Positions 54,643 through 63,947 of a stretch of 64,000 nt of DNA are shown piece after piece. The first letter of the stretch is position 1. Each line of letters opens with the position of its first letter. The stretch spans positions 95,284 to 159,283 of the forward strand of contig FR880110.1 in the NCBI GenBank assembly GCA_000434555.1. The letters are read 5' to 3'. This DNA comes from Clostridium sp. CAG:524 (GTDB lineage: Bacteria; Bacillota_I; Bacilli_A; RF39; UBA660). The notes under the pieces are model-generated. The model made no database searches. It was not told where the DNA came from and saw nothing but the letters and a program-made list of their open reading frames with translations. Position numbers and translations under genes: made by a program.

Positions 54643-54747
54643 ATGTTTTGCGGAAATCCTTGTAATAATGGATGTAATATATTCTTCATAATATTAATTT
54701 TATTCATACTTCTAGCAATAATCTTCGGTACTTGCGGAAGTTGGTAA
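54643..54747 (+). CDS. YjcZ-like tiny sporulation/TM peptide (34 aa)
   Basis: AAGGAGGTG RBS. MFCGNPCNNGCNIFFIILILFILLAIIFGTCGSW. Not in the ORF track. Confidence 0.6.
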   Translation: MFCGNPCNNGCNIFFIILILFILLAIIFGTCGSW

Positions 54748-54808
54748 AAATAATAAAGAGTATTGATTAATTCAATGCTTTTTATATATAATAAAATAGG
54801 TATAAAAC

Positions 54809-55324
54809 ATGATAAAATATATAATAAATGAAAATATAAAATTAAAAAAATCTACGATAAATGATATAAAAAACATAATAAAATTTCAAGAAGAAATAAT
54901 AAATGATATGGAAAATAAAGAGCTTTTTAAACCACTTATAGAAGAAGAATTTACCTATCCAATTATGAATAATGGCCTTGTATACTTATTATATTTTGAA
55001 AATAAAATAATAGGTCTTTTTGTATTAACTATAAATCCAAAAGACGATATAATTAATGAATATCAATTAGAAGATACTAGTAACATTGCAATATTAGATA
55101 GTGTAATGATTAAAAGAGAATTTAGAGGAAGTAAGTTACAACTACAATGTATGAAAATTATAGATATTGATTGTAAAAAACTAAATATAGATAAAATAGT
55201 CGCAACAGTTCATCCAGATAACAAATATAGTTTAAATAACTTATTAGAAGGTAATTATAAAATTATTAATACAATAAATATTCATGGTGGAATAAGAAAT
55301 ATATTAATTAAAGAAGTAAAATAA
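54809..55324 (+). CDS. GNAT-family N-acetyltransferase
   Basis: 171 aa with a motif A-like segment MIKREFRGSKLQLQCMK. Confidence 0.6.
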   Translation: MIKYIINENIKLKKSTINDIKNIIKFQEEIINDMENKELFKPLIEEEFTYPIMNNGLVYLLYFENKIIGLFVLTINPKDDIINEYQLEDTSNIAILDSVMIKREFRGSKLQLQCMKIIDIDCKKLNIDKIVATVHPDNKYSLNNLLEGNYKIINTINIHGGIRNILIKEVK

Positions 55325-55387
55325 TCAAAAAAACTTCTTTTTTAATTAATAAAATGATATTATATTATTTAAGAAGAAGGGATTTAT

Positions 55388-56662
55388 ATGATAGATATTA
55401 AACTTATAAGAGAAAATAAAGATTTAGTAAAAGAAAATATTAAAAAGAAATTTCAAGATGAAAAGTTACCTCTAGTAGATGAAGTATATAACTTAGATAC
55501 TGAATATAGAAATGCTAGAGTTAAAGCAGATACATTAAGAGGTAATAAAAATAAAATGAGTTCTAAAATTGGTGAACTTATGAGAGATAAGAAAATAGAT
55601 GAAGCAAATAAAATAAAGAGTGAAGTATCATCTATGCAAAGTGAAATAGAAAGTCTTGAAGCAAAAGAAGTAGAACTTGAAGAAAAGATTAATAAAATAA
55701 TGATGGTTATTCCAAATATTATTGATGAGTCTGTTCCAATAGGAAAAGATGATAAAGAAAATGTTGAAATAGAGAAGTTTGGTGAACCATTTGTCCCTGA
55801 ATATGAAATACCATATCATGCTGATATATTAGAGTCTAAAAATGGACTTGATAAAGAAGCATCAGGTAGAACAAGTGGAAATGGATTCTATTATTTAATG
55901 GGAGACGCTGCTAGACTTAGTTCAGCAATGCTATCTTATGCTAGGGATTTCATGATTGATAAGGGATTTACTTATTGTATACCACCATTTATGATTAGAA
56001 GTAGTGTAGTAAATGGAGTTATGTCTTTTGCTGAAATGGATGCTATGATGTATAAAATTGAAGGAGAAGATTTATATCTAATAGGTACAAGTGAACACTC
56101 AATGATAGGTAAATTTAAAGGTGAATTAATTAAAGAAAATACTTTACCAATAACAATGACATCTTATAGTCCATGTTTTAGAAAAGAAGTAGGTGCTCAT
56201 GGTATTGAAGAAAGAGGTATTTATAGAGTTCATCAATTTGAAAAACAAGAAATGATAGTTCTATGTCGTCCAGAAGAATCAATGGATTGGTATAATAAAA
56301 TGTGGAAGTTTACAGTTGAATTATTTAGAAGTTTAGATATACCTGTTAGAACACTTGAATGTTGTAGTGGAGATCTTGCTGATTTAAAAGTTAAATCATG
56401 TGATATAGAAGCATGGAGTCCAAGACAACAAAAATATTTTGAAGTAGGTAGTTGTTCAACACTAGGTGATGCTCAAGCAAGAAGACTCGGAATAAGAGTA
56501 AAAGGTGAAAATGGAAATTATTATCCACATACACTTAATAATACAGTACTTGCTTCAACAAGAGCATTAATCGCATTACTTGAAAACAATTACAATGAAG
56601 ATGGAACTGTAACAATACCAAAAGTTTTAAGACCATATATGGGAAATAAAGAAAGAATATAA
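55388..56662 (+). CDS. serS: Serine--tRNA ligase
   Basis: N-terminal coiled-coil arm. Class II motifs GNGFYYL, CFRKEVGAHG...RGIYRVHQFEKQE, EVGSCS. No T-box fits in the 63-nt upstream gap. Confidence 0.9.
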   Translation: MIDIKLIRENKDLVKENIKKKFQDEKLPLVDEVYNLDTEYRNARVKADTLRGNKNKMSSKIGELMRDKKIDEANKIKSEVSSMQSEIESLEAKEVELEEKINKIMMVIPNIIDESVPIGKDDKENVEIEKFGEPFVPEYEIPYHADILESKNGLDKEASGRTSGNGFYYLMGDAARLSSAMLSYARDFMIDKGFTYCIPPFMIRSSVVNGVMSFAEMDAMMYKIEGEDLYLIGTSEHSMIGKFKGELIKENTLPITMTSYSPCFRKEVGAHGIEERGIYRVHQFEKQEMIVLCRPEESMDWYNKMWKFTVELFRSLDIPVRTLECCSGDLADLKVKSCDIEAWSPRQQKYFEVGSCSTLGDAQARRLGIRVKGENGNYYPHTLNNTVLASTRALIALLENNYNEDGTVTIPKVLRPYMGNKERI

Positions 56663-56689
56663 ATAAAAAACAGTTCAGGGGAGTAAAAA

Positions 56690-57799
56690 ATGAAAACATA
56701 CCAAGAAAGGCTAATAAGCGATCTAAAAAGATTAAGAGATTATTATAAAACTCATCAAAAGAAATCTAATTTAACTTTTGATTTTTCTAGTTTTTATAGT
56801 TTAGATTCTATAGCAACTCCAATTCTTGGTTTTTCTTTTGAACCAACATCTACAATAATAGATGAAGAGTCAGCCATAGTAATTGCACAAGACTCATATA
56901 GAGAAATACTTGGATTTAATAAGAAAGTATATGATAATTATGATGAATTATATTCTATGTTTGATGGATTAGATGATTTTATGAGTGAAATTGATTATCC
57001 AACACTACCATATTATAGCTTGTTACGTAAATTTAATGAGAAAGATTTTACAGATATACTTTTATCATTTTTAAGTGAATTTGGTGATGATATGGTAAAC
57101 ATAGCTAAAAAATATATGGATGAAGATAGAATAATAATGAATTATAGAATGAATCCACATGATCAATTTAAAGCTATGCATATAGGAAGTAAACTACTTA
57201 AAAGTGGATATATTATATTAAGATATGATGAATATACTACATATTCTTTAAGTTCACTTATTCATGAATTAGGTCATGCTTATGATAGAGAAAGATTTAT
57301 ATATTCACAACAAAAAAGAATAAGAAATTTTGAAGATTTACTAATAGAAGTACCATCAATATATTTTGAAATGGAATTTTATGATTATTTAATAAGAAAT
57401 AAAATAAATAAAGATGGAGCAATGATACTTAAAAATGAGAAATTAACAAGGATGTCTGATACATTTGCTTCATTTTATATGACACCTAAAGAATATTTTG
57501 AGATAGTAGATCCAATTATATTACAAAGTGAAAGTGATTATAATAAAAGAAGTGCATTTAGAAATGATTTAATATATGGACTAGGTATATATATAGTAGT
57601 ACATTTATCACATTTAAGAAGAAATATGAGTTCTAAAGAGTTTATGAAAGAACTTTATAACTTTATATCATCAAGAAAAGAAAGAACATTAAAAGAGTCA
57701 GTTGAAGGACTAGGTATAGACTATGATGACTTCTTAACAGGTACATTTGTTTATCCAGAAGTAGAGAAGTCATCTCTAAAACTTAAAAGAAGATTTTAA
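56690..57799 (+). CDS. Putative zinc metallopeptidase (HExxH)
   Basis: SLIHELGHAYD is an HExxH motif in a mostly helical 369-aa protein. This is a weak resemblance to the M3/oligoendopeptidase-like fold. Confidence 0.45.
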   Translation: MKTYQERLISDLKRLRDYYKTHQKKSNLTFDFSSFYSLDSIATPILGFSFEPTSTIIDEESAIVIAQDSYREILGFNKKVYDNYDELYSMFDGLDDFMSEIDYPTLPYYSLLRKFNEKDFTDILLSFLSEFGDDMVNIAKKYMDEDRIIMNYRMNPHDQFKAMHIGSKLLKSGYIILRYDEYTTYSLSSLIHELGHAYDRERFIYSQQKRIRNFEDLLIEVPSIYFEMEFYDYLIRNKINKDGAMILKNEKLTRMSDTFASFYMTPKEYFEIVDPIILQSESDYNKRSAFRNDLIYGLGIYIVVHLSHLRRNMSSKEFMKELYNFISSRKERTLKESVEGLGIDYDDFLTGTFVYPEVEKSSLKLKRRF

Positions 57800-57839
57800 A
57801 ATCATGAATAAATAATTAATAACCATTATATATTTTAAT

Positions 57840-58637
57840 ATGAAACAATATTTAAAAAATATAATAGTTATTTTTTTTGTACTATTTAGTTTTTATTATA
57901 CAGATAAAGTAATAGAAATATCTAAGTATAATGATACAATTTTAGTATCTATAAATGAATATGCTTCTTCTAAAGACTATGAATGTAGAGAAGGAAGCAT
58001 AAATGAATATGGTATAGTTTTAGGACTTTCTGGATTAAAAGTAGATAAAAATAAAAGCTATTCTAACATGAAAGGCATAGGATTTAAAGAAGAATTAATA
58101 GAATATAAAGAAAATAAATGTATATTAAATAAAGAAGATAATGTTGATAAATATATCATAAAAGGTAATGACTATAATAAAAATATATCACTTGTAATAA
58201 ATATCACAAATACAAAATATTATAAAAATATGATAAATGTTTCAAATAATAAAGATGTAGAATTAAATCTATTGTTTAATTATAATGATTTATCAAATGA
58301 AATAGATAATATAACTAATCATAGTAATATTCTGTTTAAAGGTAAGAATATGGATGAATTAAATAACTTTATAAAAATATTACATAATGAAATATATTGT
58401 GTTAAGATAGATGACTTTGATATAAAGAAAATATGTTCTAGAAAGAAACTTAATAGTATTAATAAAGTACTTGAAATACAAGATAACTTACTTAATAATG
58501 TAAAAAATAATATTAAAAATGGAACAATATTCTTTATAAGTGAGAATAGTAAGAACTTAAAAGAACTAAGTACTACAATAAACTATATACAAAGTAGAGG
58601 ATATAAAATAGTAACAATAAATGAACTATTAAAGTAA
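57840..58637 (+). CDS. Membrane-anchored hypothetical protein (265 aa)
   Basis: N-terminal TM helix. The C-terminus (IFFISENSKNLKELSTTINYIQSRGYKIVTINELL) resembles the C-terminal strand/helix of NodB-type deacetylases, but no catalytic motifs are seen. Confidence 0.45.
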   Translation: MKQYLKNIIVIFFVLFSFYYTDKVIEISKYNDTILVSINEYASSKDYECREGSINEYGIVLGLSGLKVDKNKSYSNMKGIGFKEELIEYKENKCILNKEDNVDKYIIKGNDYNKNISLVINITNTKYYKNMINVSNNKDVELNLLFNYNDLSNEIDNITNHSNILFKGKNMDELNNFIKILHNEIYCVKIDDFDIKKICSRKKLNSINKVLEIQDNLLNNVKNNIKNGTIFFISENSKNLKELSTTINYIQSRGYKIVTINELLK

Positions 58638-58693
58638 TTGTTGATATTTACTATAAAAAACTATATAATAGTGCTAATAAAGGACGAAGTAGT

Positions 58694-59689
58694 ATGAAAA
58701 AAGAGATAAAAAAGTTTTATAACAATTTAAAAAAAGAATTAAAAGATCTTAATAAAAACATAAAAGAAATAACAAATAGGAGTAATAAATCATATATAAA
58801 AATATTACTTGATATATATATTTGTTATTTAAAATATAGTATTACATATGAAGAATATAAAATATTTGGATTTGAAAATGTCTCTAAAAATAAAAGAGAT
58901 ACTTATGTAGGTAAAGTTAGAAAAGAATATATAAATAAACATTTAACAAATAAACATGCATTAAGTTTACTTAATAATAAAACTAAATTTAATATTAAAT
59001 TTGATAAATATTTAAATAGAGAAATAATAAATATAAAAGATATAAGTTATAAAGAATATGAAGATTTCGTAAAAGATAAAAAAGAAATAACATGTAGATG
59101 CGAAGCACCTGATGAGAGAAGAACTATTAAATTTAATTTAAAAGATTATAGAAGTCCTGCTTTCATATTAGAAAAAATAAATAAGAATAAATTATATTAT
59201 ATGGAAGCAACACATAAGCCTAATAAATTACTTGAAAAACTAAATAAGAATAATTTAACAACTATAAGTATAGTAACAGTACATAGAAAGAATACAATTG
59301 ATATATTATATGCTGAAATAAATATGTATTTAAAAGATAAAACATTAAGTAGTAAGATAGATTTAAAAAGTAAAAAAACTATATATGACTTTATAGATGA
59401 AAAATATAATGTTTATAAAACACATCCTGAAACAAATGAAAACTTAAATGATATAGAACTTCCACTTATAGATGAAATGATAAATATATCAAAAACATGT
59501 GCTTTAGCAATAGATGAAATAAAAGAAATAAAATGGAATTTTACATTATCAAATACAAAAGCATATTTAGTAAGTGCTTCATTATGGAATGATTATATTG
59601 AAGCACAAATACCTAATTATTTAAAAGACAGTATAAGTTTTATGCCTTATTATAGAAAAGTTATAAATGAAAAGAGAAAGATTAAATAG
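58694..59689 (+). CDS. Possible sugar-transfer-associated ATP-grasp family protein
   Basis: The N-terminal pattern (ILLDIYICYLKYSITYEEYKIFGFENVSKNKRDTY...NNKTKFNIKFDKY) resembles my recollection of the ATPgrasp_ST family. Confidence 0.4.
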   Translation: MKKEIKKFYNNLKKELKDLNKNIKEITNRSNKSYIKILLDIYICYLKYSITYEEYKIFGFENVSKNKRDTYVGKVRKEYINKHLTNKHALSLLNNKTKFNIKFDKYLNREIINIKDISYKEYEDFVKDKKEITCRCEAPDERRTIKFNLKDYRSPAFILEKINKNKLYYMEATHKPNKLLEKLNKNNLTTISIVTVHRKNTIDILYAEINMYLKDKTLSSKIDLKSKKTIYDFIDEKYNVYKTHPETNENLNDIELPLIDEMINISKTCALAIDEIKEIKWNFTLSNTKAYLVSASLWNDYIEAQIPNYLKDSISFMPYYRKVINEKRKIK

Positions 59690-60929
59690 TATTTTTATAT
59701 CTTTCTCTATTTTTAATTGTAGATGATTTTAGTAAGGATGATGCACGAAGTATAGAAGTATTACCATATTTAGAAGTAATTTTATCTATTATTTTGTTAT
59801 ATTCATCAGTTGGAACTTCATTCTTATCAAATAATGATAATTGAGTAGCACCTTTATCTGAAAGCTTAGAATATGCTATACCAACTTTTCTAATAGGTAA
59901 GTCTTCTATATTTTTGTAATACATATATTTTAATGTTTCAAATATCTTTTCACCATTATCTTCTTCTGTATTAAGTAGAGTAGTATCATTAAATGATTTA
60001 TATAAATCTCTTGAATATGAAATACTTAAATGAATAAGTCTAGTTGTAAGTTTCTTTTCTTTAAGTTGAACATTTAACATATCATTCATTTCTTTAATAA
60101 TAAGTATTGCTTCTTCTATACTATAATCTCTATATAATATTTGACTCATACTCATAGATTTTTCATGTACTCTTGAATTAAGTTCTTTTATAGTTGGAAA
60201 GTATATTCCGTTAGCCTTATCAAATATATCATTTCCCATCACATTACCAAATCTTTTGATATAGAAACTTCTTGGATAATTATTTATATCACCAACTTTG
60301 TATATTCCAAGATTATTAAGCTTACGTTCAGTATTTTTACCAATTCCCCAGATTTTAGTAAGAGGAGTTACATTCCATAATTTAGTTTCAATATCTTTAT
60401 AAGTCCATTTAGATAAACAATTTTTATTGTGCTTTGCTTCAATATCCATCGCAACTTTTGCAAGTAAAACATTAGGTCCAATTCCAGCAGTAGTGGTAAG
60501 TCCAGTTTTCTCAAGAACAGTTTTCATAATTAATAAAGCAAGTTCTGTGTCAGTTTTATTATAGTATTTTAAATAATCAGTAACATCCATAAATACTTCA
60601 TCAATAGAGTAGAAATGTATATCTTCTTCACTAATAAAACTTTTGTATATATCAAATACTTTCTTACTATATTCTTGATATAGTTTGATTCTAGGCTTAA
60701 CAAACATTATATTTAGATTTTTAGGTATTTCAAAAACTCTACATCTTGATTTAATTCCACGATTTCTAAGGTAAGGGGATACTGCAAGAGACATAGCTTT
60801 ATCACCTCTATCAGTATCAGCTACTACTAATGGAGTTTTATAAGGATCAAGTCCTCTTTCAACACATTCACAGGATGCAAAAAAACTCTTTAAATCAATA
60901 CTTATAATATTTCTCTCTTTCATATACAT
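59682..60929 (-). CDS. Y-family DNA polymerase (DinB/UvrX/ImpB-like)
   Basis: IISIDLKSFFASCE, YSIDEVFMDVT, GIGPNVLLAKVA and IWGIGKNTERKLN motifs. Translation may begin at the second ATG (60923). Confidence 0.85.
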   Translation of the reverse strand: MYMKERNIISIDLKSFFASCECVERGLDPYKTPLVVADTDRGDKAMSLAVSPYLRNRGIKSRCRVFEIPKNLNIMFVKPRIKLYQEYSKKVFDIYKSFISEEDIHFYSIDEVFMDVTDYLKYYNKTDTELALLIMKTVLEKTGLTTTAGIGPNVLLAKVAMDIEAKHNKNCLSKWTYKDIETKLWNVTPLTKIWGIGKNTERKLNNLGIYKVGDINNYPRSFYIKRFGNVMGNDIFDKANGIYFPTIKELNSRVHEKSMSMSQILYRDYSIEEAILIIKEMNDMLNVQLKEKKLTTRLIHLSISYSRDLYKSFNDTTLLNTEEDNGEKIFETLKYMYYKNIEDLPIRKVGIAYSKLSDKGATQLSLFDKNEVPTDEYNKIIDKITSKYGNTSILRASSLLKSSTIKNRERYKNTI

Positions 60930-60931
60930 AT

Positions 60932-60960
60932 ATAATAAATAACAAACGTAAGTTTGTCAA
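60932..60960 (-). promoter_or_regulatory. Sigma-A promoter with embedded SOS-box-like palindrome
   Basis: On the minus strand: TTGACA (60960-60955), 17-nt spacer, TATTAT (60937-60932). The spacer contains ACAAAC-GTAA-GTTTGT (60942-60957). Confidence 0.5.
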
Positions 60961-61055
60961 TATAAATGAGTAGGAAATATATGTAAAAATTAGAGTAAAG
61001 TAGGTTCAAATAATATAAAGAAAAATGTATAATGAAAACATCAAGGGGTAATGGC

Positions 61056-61730
61056 ATGAAAAGATTAAGTATTTTTATAGACGAAACAGGAGAATTTGGA
61101 TTTGGAAAAGGTTCATCAAGATTATATGGTGTATCTTTTGTTTTTCATGATCAGAGTTATAGTATTAAAAAAGAAATAAATGACTTAAATCAGAGATTGT
61201 TAAATATTGGATATATAAACATGATACATATGGCTGATTTAATAATGAAAAGAGGTGATTATTCAAATATGAATATCACCAAAAGAAAAAATATATTTAA
61301 TGCTATATATTACTTTCTAAGAAAAATTCCAGTAAAATATCAAACTATTATAATTGATAAAAAATATACTGATAATAGTAAAGTATTAAGAAGAAAAATA
61401 AGAAATGAAATAATAAAAATGTTAGAGAAAAATAAAGAATTTTTTAAGAAATATGATTCAATTATTTTATATTATGATAATGGTCAAGAAACATTAGGTA
61501 ATATATTAGAAGATATATTCTCTAAATTTAAAAATTTTAAACATGTAATAGACTTTAATCATAAAGTAAAAAGATTATTTCAAGTAGCAGATATGCTTAC
61601 ATATTTAGATAAGTATAATTATAAATATAAAAATAAAATACCTATTGCGAATGGAGAAAAGTATTTCTTTACAGGTGAAGAAATAAGAAAAGCAATGAAA
61701 AAGTTAGATAAGAAGAAATTACAGCATTAA
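61056..61730 (+). CDS. DUF3800-family protein
   Basis: Start chosen at MKRLSIFIDETGEFG behind AAGGGG. The IFIDETG N-terminus is typical of DUF3800. Confidence 0.55.
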   Translation: MKRLSIFIDETGEFGFGKGSSRLYGVSFVFHDQSYSIKKEINDLNQRLLNIGYINMIHMADLIMKRGDYSNMNITKRKNIFNAIYYFLRKIPVKYQTIIIDKKYTDNSKVLRRKIRNEIIKMLEKNKEFFKKYDSIILYYDNGQETLGNILEDIFSKFKNFKHVIDFNHKVKRLFQVADMLTYLDKYNYKYKNKIPIANGEKYFFTGEEIRKAMKKLDKKKLQH

Positions 61731-61755
61731 AAAAACAACCTTATGGTTGTTTTTT
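61731..61755 (+). terminator. Rho-independent terminator
   Basis: ACAACC (61734-61739) pairs with GGTTGT (61744-61749), followed by T6. Confidence 0.7.
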
Positions 61756-61911
61756 TAAGCAGCTACACGCTAACACGGGTTTGATCCTGTTACAGACCAA
61801 TAGTAGAAAATAATTTCTACTTTAATAGTATATCAACTTCAAAACGAAATTATTCGTTTCAGTTGATAAAAGAATTTTAACATTAATATTATTTAAAATC
61901 AAGTACTTTTA

Positions 61912-63792
61912 TTATTTTTTAGGTCTAAATTCAAGAATTTTACCTTTGTCTTTTTGTTCTTCACTTTTTACAATTGAACTATATTTTTCACGAGCGGATT
62001 TATAAAGTCTTTCTTCATCCATAACAGCAAGTTTAATATCATCCATAGTTACTACGTCTCTATCGTTAATAGCCGCTATTGCATATGCTTCTTTTAATAT
62101 ATCAATTACAAGTCTTGGATTGTTAGATGGATCTTTATAATCTCTATATGATTTTTTAGTAACAGCAATTAATGAATTAATAATATTACTTCTATTAGTT
62201 CCAAGAGCATCAAGAGTACATCCACTAATTTCATTATAAGTATTAATTAAATCATCAAGTATAGTATAAATTGTATCATTAGTAGATTCTTTTATATCAA
62301 TTCTTTTAAATCTTGTTTTAAAAGCAGGATTACTACTAATATGTTCCATATATTCTTCAGTAGTAGTCGCACCAATAACTCTAACTTTGCCACTATCTAA
62401 ATATGGTTTTAATATTTCAGCAACACTATTAGAATCATTTTCACTCTTACCACCACCAATAGTTTGATGTATTTCGTCAATAAACAATATAATAGTTTTA
62501 TCTTTAGATGCTTCATCAAGTATTTTCTTAAGTTTTTCTTCTAGTGAACCAACATATTTAGTACCAGCAACCATAGTCGCAGTATCAATACTAATTATTT
62601 TTAAATACTTAAGTAGGTATGGAACATTACCATTTTTAATTCTATAAGCAAGTCCTTTTACTAAAGCTGTTTTACCAATACCACTTTCACCAGTTATAAT
62701 AACACTCTTATCTCTTTCAGGATATAAAAGTATTTGTTCTATCTTTCTAATATCTTCATCTCTACCAATACTAGGATCTTTAATATAACTAAGTTTAGTT
62801 AAGTCTTCACCATACTTATCTAATATAGAACTCTTTTTATTATTATCGTTATTATTTTGTGTTTCTGTTTGAGGTTTCATAAATAATTCTCCCTTTCTTG
62901 TTTTGAATATTCTTTCGATACCATCAACATCTACAATAGTTAATTCAAGAAAAGAACTATCACTTAATGATAATATTTCTTTAAATGATTCATATGTTAA
63001 ATCTTTACCATTGATTCTTAATATTTCAGCACTCTTAATATCAATAGAATCATTTTCTTCATCAAATACTTTTACTTTAACATTATTATTGTCTTTAGGT
63101 ATTAAATAACTACATCCGTCATCATTAATAAGTTTAAATCTATCAAAATCAAATTCCCATATAGTATCTTTATGTTTACTATTAAATATATCAACATTAT
63201 ATCTATCTTTAGCCATTTCACCATATACTTCTTCACGCTTAGATTGATATTCCATAAATAAATCACTATGACCAAAATCTTCTACATCAAACATTTCAGC
63301 CATAATATCTTCTAGAACTTCATTATAATACACCATTGAATAATCAAATATTTGATATGGTTCTAAATCGTTAATAGAGAAATCTTTATCACGTAAATAA
63401 TAATCTTCTTTTATTTGATATGCTATATTTCCTAAATAACTTTCTAAATCAATAAGACCAAATACTTCACTATCAAATAAATCTTCTTTTAATAATTTAA
63501 ATTTAACTGTATCATTACTTTTTTTAATATATTTAAGACTTGCTTCAAATGTAATATCTTTACTTGCAAATAAATCTTTAGTAAATCCATCTATATAAAG
63601 TCCTGCTAAAAAGAATGATAATCCAATTATGTAATGTCCATCATCTAATTTAAAATATAATGTTTCATTATCACCATTAGTAACTCTATAATACATATCG
63701 TTATAACTAAAGTAGTTAATTAATGAATAAACAATTCTTAAATAGTCTTGAGTCTTCTTATCTAAACTCATAAAAATAGTTTTATTTTTCAT
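61912..63792 (-). CDS. Orphan single-domain ClpA/ClpC-D1-like AAA+ ATPase with novel N-terminal region including a PDZ-like segment
   Basis: LDKYGEDLT...DPSIGRDEDIRKIEQIL, Walker A GESGIGKTALVKGLAYRI, AGTKYVGSLEEKLKKI, Walker B ILFIDEIHQTIGGG, RVIGATTTEEY. There is no second AAA module. N-terminal residues ~1-300 match no known motif except a PDZ-like AEILRINGKDLTYESFKEIL...LTIVD. Confidence 0.7.
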   Translation of the reverse strand: MKNKTIFMSLDKKTQDYLRIVYSLINYFSYNDMYYRVTNGDNETLYFKLDDGHYIIGLSFFLAGLYIDGFTKDLFASKDITFEASLKYIKKSNDTVKFKLLKEDLFDSEVFGLIDLESYLGNIAYQIKEDYYLRDKDFSINDLEPYQIFDYSMVYYNEVLEDIMAEMFDVEDFGHSDLFMEYQSKREEVYGEMAKDRYNVDIFNSKHKDTIWEFDFDRFKLINDDGCSYLIPKDNNNVKVKVFDEENDSIDIKSAEILRINGKDLTYESFKEILSLSDSSFLELTIVDVDGIERIFKTRKGELFMKPQTETQNNNDNNKKSSILDKYGEDLTKLSYIKDPSIGRDEDIRKIEQILLYPERDKSVIITGESGIGKTALVKGLAYRIKNGNVPYLLKYLKIISIDTATMVAGTKYVGSLEEKLKKILDEASKDKTIILFIDEIHQTIGGGKSENDSNSVAEILKPYLDSGKVRVIGATTTEEYMEHISSNPAFKTRFKRIDIKESTNDTIYTILDDLINTYNEISGCTLDALGTNRSNIINSLIAVTKKSYRDYKDPSNNPRLVIDILKEAYAIAAINDRDVVTMDDIKLAVMDEERLYKSAREKYSSIVKSEEQKDKGKILEFRPKK

Positions 63793-63947
63793 ACCAATAC
63801 CTCTTAATTCAATATACTAACAAATTAGAAATAATATTTCAATTAAATCTTGTATTTTATAATAATTTTATTAAAAAAATATATATGTTTTAACTTGTTA
63901 GTAATATTTTAGTGTGCTATACTTTTATTATAAGGAAGGTAAGATAA

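Noticed and set aside
55325-55387. I expected a T-box upstream of serS.
   Set aside because: Only 63 nt separate the GNAT gene from serS. No specifier, T-box or terminator elements are present.
61756-61800. A GC-richer patch, gcagctacacgctaacacgggtttgatcctgttacagacca, looks like a tRNA 3' half (T-arm plus CCA). It could be an att-site remnant.
   Set aside because: It cannot be folded into a canonical T arm: the loop is 6 nt and the stem needs mismatches. There is no matching acceptor strand, and it matches neither tRNA in the window. It is probably just a hairpin in a convergent terminator region.
274-63109. Many 60-114-aa ORFs in the track lie antisense to or inside long genes. They are: 274-456, 10052-10270, 10068-10313, 12508-12696, 14792-15067, 15739-15978, 16174-16392, 17763-18002, 18481-18678, 23019-23342, 23493-23798, 24407-24592, 26589-26783, 26935-27123, 30639-30983, 32336-32536, 33526-33717, 35376-35558, 41528-41842, 45003-45188, 45819-46025, 52442-52732, 53338-53619, 55628-55819, 62903-63109.
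   Set aside because: Each lies fully, or almost fully, within a longer ORF that has clear family motifs or better coding character. They are shadow frames with skewed, Ile/Phe/Ser/Leu-rich compositions and no RBS, as expected by chance in AT-rich DNA.
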